Made by a program: the position numbers and the translations under genes. Below are positions 60,820-64,000 of a DNA stretch of 64,000 nt, piece by piece. The DNA lies in assembly GCA_963845565.1 (NCBI GenBank), contig CAWJSJ010000002.1, positions 32,001 through 96,000 of the forward strand, written 5' to 3'. How positions within the stretch are numbered: position 1 is the stretch's first letter; the number at the start of each line of letters is the position of its first letter. The stretch is from an uncultured Methylomirabilota bacterium (GTDB lineage: Bacteria; Methylomirabilota; Methylomirabilia; Methylomirabilales; 2-02-FULL-66-22). Below the pieces are notes generated by a model. That model was not told the DNA's origin. It searched no databases and saw only the letters and a program-made list of their open reading frames with translations.

Positions 60820-61959
60820 TTATGTCTTGGGCGGCGGGGTGCCGCGACCCGGGGATGCGGTCGCGGGGCCGCCGACCATGTTGATGCGCGGCAGCAAGTC
60901 CGGATCGGTCACGAACCGCTGGAAGGTCCGCTTGTCGGCCGCGACGCTGTAGGCGTCGTCCGGGTCGATCTCCTTCTTGTTCAGGGCCTCCAGCAAGGCC
61001 TGATCCATCAGTTGCATACCCAGCTCTTTGCCGGTTTGCAGCATCGAGGGAATCTGAAAGGCTTTCCCGGAGGCCAGGAGATTGGCGATGGCGGGTGTCA
61101 TGACGAGGACTTCCACGATCGCCCGCCGGCCCCGGCCGTCCGCGGTCCGCACCAGCGTCTGGCTCACGATCCCGCGCAGGCTCTGGGCGAGAAACACGGT
61201 GCCCTGGGCTCGCTGCTCGATGGGCAGCGCGTCGAGGATGCGGTCCAGCGTCTTGGTCGCACTGGTGGTGTGCAGCGTCCCCAGCACCAGGTGGCCCGTC
61301 TCCGCGGCGATCATCGCCAGCGTGATGGTCTCGGTATCCCGCATCTCGCCCACCAGGATGATGTCGGGATCCTCGCGGAGCGCCGCCCGCACCCCCTCGG
61401 CAAAGCTCCCGACCTGGGTCCCGACCTCCCGCTGCACGACCAGGCTCATCTTGCTCGGGTGGACGAACTCGATCGGATCTTCCAGCGTGATGATGTTCAG
61501 CCGACGGGTGCTGTTGAGGTGATCGATCATGGCGGCCAGCGTGGTGGACTTCCCCGTGCCGGCCGCCCCGGTGACCAGAATCAACCCCTGGTGATTGCGC
61601 GTCAGGCGCTTCACCACCGGCGGAAGGCCGAGGTCGTCCAGGCTGGGGATCTGGCTGGGGATCACGCGAAAGGTGGCACCGATGCCGCCCAGCTTGCGGA
61701 ACAGATTGACCCGGAACCGCCCCGCGCCCTCGCTGGTGTAGGAGAGGTCCAGGTCGTTTCCGGCCGCGAAGGCGGCCCGCTGGGGCTCCGTCAGGACCTC
61801 CTCCACGAGGGCCTGGAGTTCGTCTTCCGCCAGGTTGCGGTACTTGACGGGCATCAGCGTGCCGTGCATCCGCAGCATGGGGGGGATGCCCACGGCGAGG
61901 TGAATATCCGAGCAGCCCTGCTCTTTACCCAGTTGGAGGAACGCGTCGAGGCGGGCCAT
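60820..61959 (-). CDS. PilT/PilU-family ATPase
   Basis: SDIHL, RFRVN, GAAGTGKST, TLEDPIEF, ALREDPD...GEMRD, ETGHLVLGTLHT. Confidence 0.92.
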   Translation of the reverse strand: MARLDAFLQLGKEQGCSDIHLAVGIPPMLRMHGTLMPVKYRNLAEDELQALVEEVLTEPQRAAFAAGNDLDLSYTSEGAGRFRVNLFRKLGGIGATFRVIPSQIPSLDDLGLPPVVKRLTRNHQGLILVTGAAGTGKSTTLAAMIDHLNSTRRLNIITLEDPIEFVHPSKMSLVVQREVGTQVGSFAEGVRAALREDPDIILVGEMRDTETITLAMIAAETGHLVLGTLHTTSATKTLDRILDALPIEQRAQGTVFLAQSLRGIVSQTLVRTADGRGRRAIVEVLVMTPAIANLLASGKAFQIPSMLQTGKELGMQLMDQALLEALNKKEIDPDDAYSVAADKRTFQRFVTDPDLLPRINMVGGPATASPGRGTPPPKT

Positions 61960-63998
61960 CACGCCCCCTCGCTCTCGATCAAGCGTTCCAGCGCCCGCTC
62001 CAGTTCGTCCATGCTCTGGTGGCGTTCCGCCGGTGCCAGCGCCATGGCCTTGAGGATCGTGGCCTCGAGCCCCGGCGGCAGGGCCGGATTGACCTGGCGC
62101 GGCGGTGTGACCTTCCCCTGCACGTGCTGGAGCAGGATGGAGACGGGGTCCGGTCCGGTATAGGGCGGCCGGCCGCACAGCATCTCGTACATGATGACGC
62201 CGAGGCTGTAGATGTCGGTCCGCGGATCCACTTTGCCGCCCTGGGCTTGCTCCGGCGCGATATAGGCGGGCGTCCCCACGATCAGGCCCGTCCTGGTCAA
62301 TGCCGGATCCCCCCAGGAACTCGCCGCGGCCAGCCCGAAGTCCACGACCTTCACCAGGTCGGACTCGTTGAGGAGCACGTTGGCGGGCTTGAGGTCCCGA
62401 TGGATGATGCCGGCGCGATGCGCGACGCTCATGCCGTGGCAAATCCCCTGCAGGATCGCGAAGGTGCGGGGGATGGGCAGGGGGCCGCCCCGGGCCAGCA
62501 GCGCGGCCAGGGAGAAGCCCGGGAAATACTCCATGGAGATCGCGTAGGACCGGCCGACGGCGATGAAGTCGTGGATGCGAATCACGTTCTCGTGGGTGAT
62601 CCGTCGGGCGTAGCGGAGCTCCTGGACGAAGCGCTTGATCACCTGCTCGTCGGAGGCAACGTGCGGCTTGAGGAACTTCAGGATGATCTCCTCGTGGACC
62701 ACGACGTCTTCAACCAGGATCACCACGCCGAAGGCCCCGCTGCCGATGTGGCGCACGACGCGGTAGCGATCCGCCAGGACCGTGCCGGGCGGGAGCGCGG
62801 CGGCGTCCATCAAGGCCTCGGGCACGCCGCCCCGGCCGATCACCCGCGTCGGGTCGACTCCATCCGGCTCCGCGATCAGGGAGGCGTGCTTGGCCGACGC
62901 CTCGGGCGCGTAGAGCAGGGACTGGGCCATCGGGGCGGGGGTGCGGACCTCGGTCGGCGCCACCTCGGCCCCCGATACGAGGCTCCCGAATCGGCTGGTC
63001 ATCGCGCGCAGGCTCCGATCGGCCAGGTCCCGCAGCTCGCCCGAGAGGCCCGGCAGCTCCGCCATCAGCGCGCGCTGTGCGGCCTCGGCGTTGGCCTCGT
63101 CGGCGAGGGCCGCCAGCGCCCGGATGGCCTCGGCCTTGACCGCCTTGTCCGGTCGGCGGAGCTGCGCGAGCAGCGGACGGATGGCCTGCGGATCGCCGAG
63201 CGAGGCCAGGGCGCGGATGGCGATCGGGGCCGCCTTGACGTCCTGCTCCATCACCCGCACCAGCGGCGGCACGGCCCGCAGGTCGCCCAGGCTGGCCAGG
63301 GCGTCGATGGCTCGCTCCCGGACCCACCAGTCGCCGTCGTTCAAGGCGTCCACCAGACTGGTGAAGATCGCCTCTCCGCCGGTCTTTACCCGGGTGGTGA
63401 TGAGAATCTCGACGGCGCAGCGCCGGATGAACTCGTCCTTGTCCTTGACGAGCGACAACACCGCCTCGACCACCTTGGGGCCGCCGATGGTTCCCAGGGC
63501 GTCGGCGGCCCGCACGCGGACCCACCAGTCGCGGTCGCGGAGCGCCCCCAGGAGGTCCTTGATGGCGCTGGTGTTGCCGACCTGGTTCAGCACCTCGACC
63601 GCCGCCCGGCGGACGTATTCGGACTCGTCCTGCAGGATGTCGAGCAGGTGGTGCACCGAGGCAGGATCGTTGATCTGGACGATGGTCTCGATCGCCTTGG
63701 CCTGAACCGTGAGGTCCGGATCGCGCAGCCGGCCGCAGACGGCCACGATGTCCACCGGGATCTGCATCCCGGCGAGCCCCTCCAGGGCGGCCAGCCGCAC
63801 CGTCTTGTGCGAATCCGCGAGCAGCGCGGTCAGGGCGTCCCGCGCCGCATCGGTGTTGAACCGGCGGAGCGTCCGGGCGAGATAGAGGCGGGTCAGCCAG
63901 TCCTCGCTGCCGGTGCGCCGCGACAGCTCCGGGATCATGGCGTCGGTCGCAGCCTCTTCGACCAGCCGGAGGATCAGCGTGCGGTGCTCCTTGTCCAC
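61959..63998 (-). CDS. HEAT-repeat Ser/Thr protein kinase (5' end outside the window)
   Basis: Repeats such as L.D.DWWVR.RA..AL, then GSGAFG, catalytic Lys in IILKF, HRDLKPAN, DFG, APE. Confidence 0.92.
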   Translation of the reverse strand: MDKEHRTLILRLVEEAATDAMIPELSRRTGSEDWLTRLYLARTLRRFNTDAARDALTALLADSHKTVRLAALEGLAGMQIPVDIVAVCGRLRDPDLTVQAKAIETIVQINDPASVHHLLDILQDESEYVRRAAVEVLNQVGNTSAIKDLLGALRDRDWWVRVRAADALGTIGGPKVVEAVLSLVKDKDEFIRRCAVEILITTRVKTGGEAIFTSLVDALNDGDWWVRERAIDALASLGDLRAVPPLVRVMEQDVKAAPIAIRALASLGDPQAIRPLLAQLRRPDKAVKAEAIRALAALADEANAEAAQRALMAELPGLSGELRDLADRSLRAMTSRFGSLVSGAEVAPTEVRTPAPMAQSLLYAPEASAKHASLIAEPDGVDPTRVIGRGGVPEALMDAAALPPGTVLADRYRVVRHIGSGAFGVVILVEDVVVHEEIILKFLKPHVASDEQVIKRFVQELRYARRITHENVIRIHDFIAVGRSYAISMEYFPGFSLAALLARGGPLPIPRTFAILQGICHGMSVAHRAGIIHRDLKPANVLLNESDLVKVVDFGLAAASSWGDPALTRTGLIVGTPAYIAPEQAQGGKVDPRTDIYSLGVIMYEMLCGRPPYTGPDPVSILLQHVQGKVTPPRQVNPALPPGLEATILKAMALAPAERHQSMDELERALERLIESEGA

Positions 63999-64000
63999 CG

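Noticed and set aside
60820..62442. 540-aa PilT with an N-terminal extension
   Set aside because: The extension overlaps the kinase gene; family similarity begins at MARLD (61959).

Overview
High-GC bacterial chromosomal segment; the lineage cannot be fixed from sequence alone. Left to right it holds: (1) a plus-strand amide/peptide-scavenging cluster (C45 hydrolase, RraA, D-2-hydroxyacid dehydrogenase, two atypical creatininase-family enzymes, M19 dipeptidase, Dpp/Opp-type binding protein and two permeases); (2) a FecR/DUF6600-like protein, a hairpin-dense intergenic region with its own promoter-like signal, and an organic-acid dehydrogenase cluster; (3) a hybrid kinase and a complete sufBCDSUT-ferredoxin operon headed by an atypical receiver gene and a sigma54-type promoter; (4) an NtrC-family two-component pair, housekeeping genes, a DUF4258/DUF2283 pair and an 11-bp-phased cluster of DnaA-box-like 9-mers; (5) RNA/cold-shock genes (ywbE, rsmH paralogue, RRM, csp with an attenuator-like leader); (6) a Phd-VapC module and a 3.2-kb integrase-less islet at tRNA-Val(TAC), bounded by a 43-bp direct repeat and carrying a Fic gene with two 29-bp palindromic operators; (7) at the right edge, a HEAT-repeat Ser/Thr kinase followed by two PilT-like ATPases. 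Two copies of a ~135-145 bp MITE-like element and many 7-9 bp intergenic repeats are present. Several single-base frameshifts look like assembly errors. No rRNA or CRISPR array was seen. All product calls come from motif recognition by eye, not from database searches.
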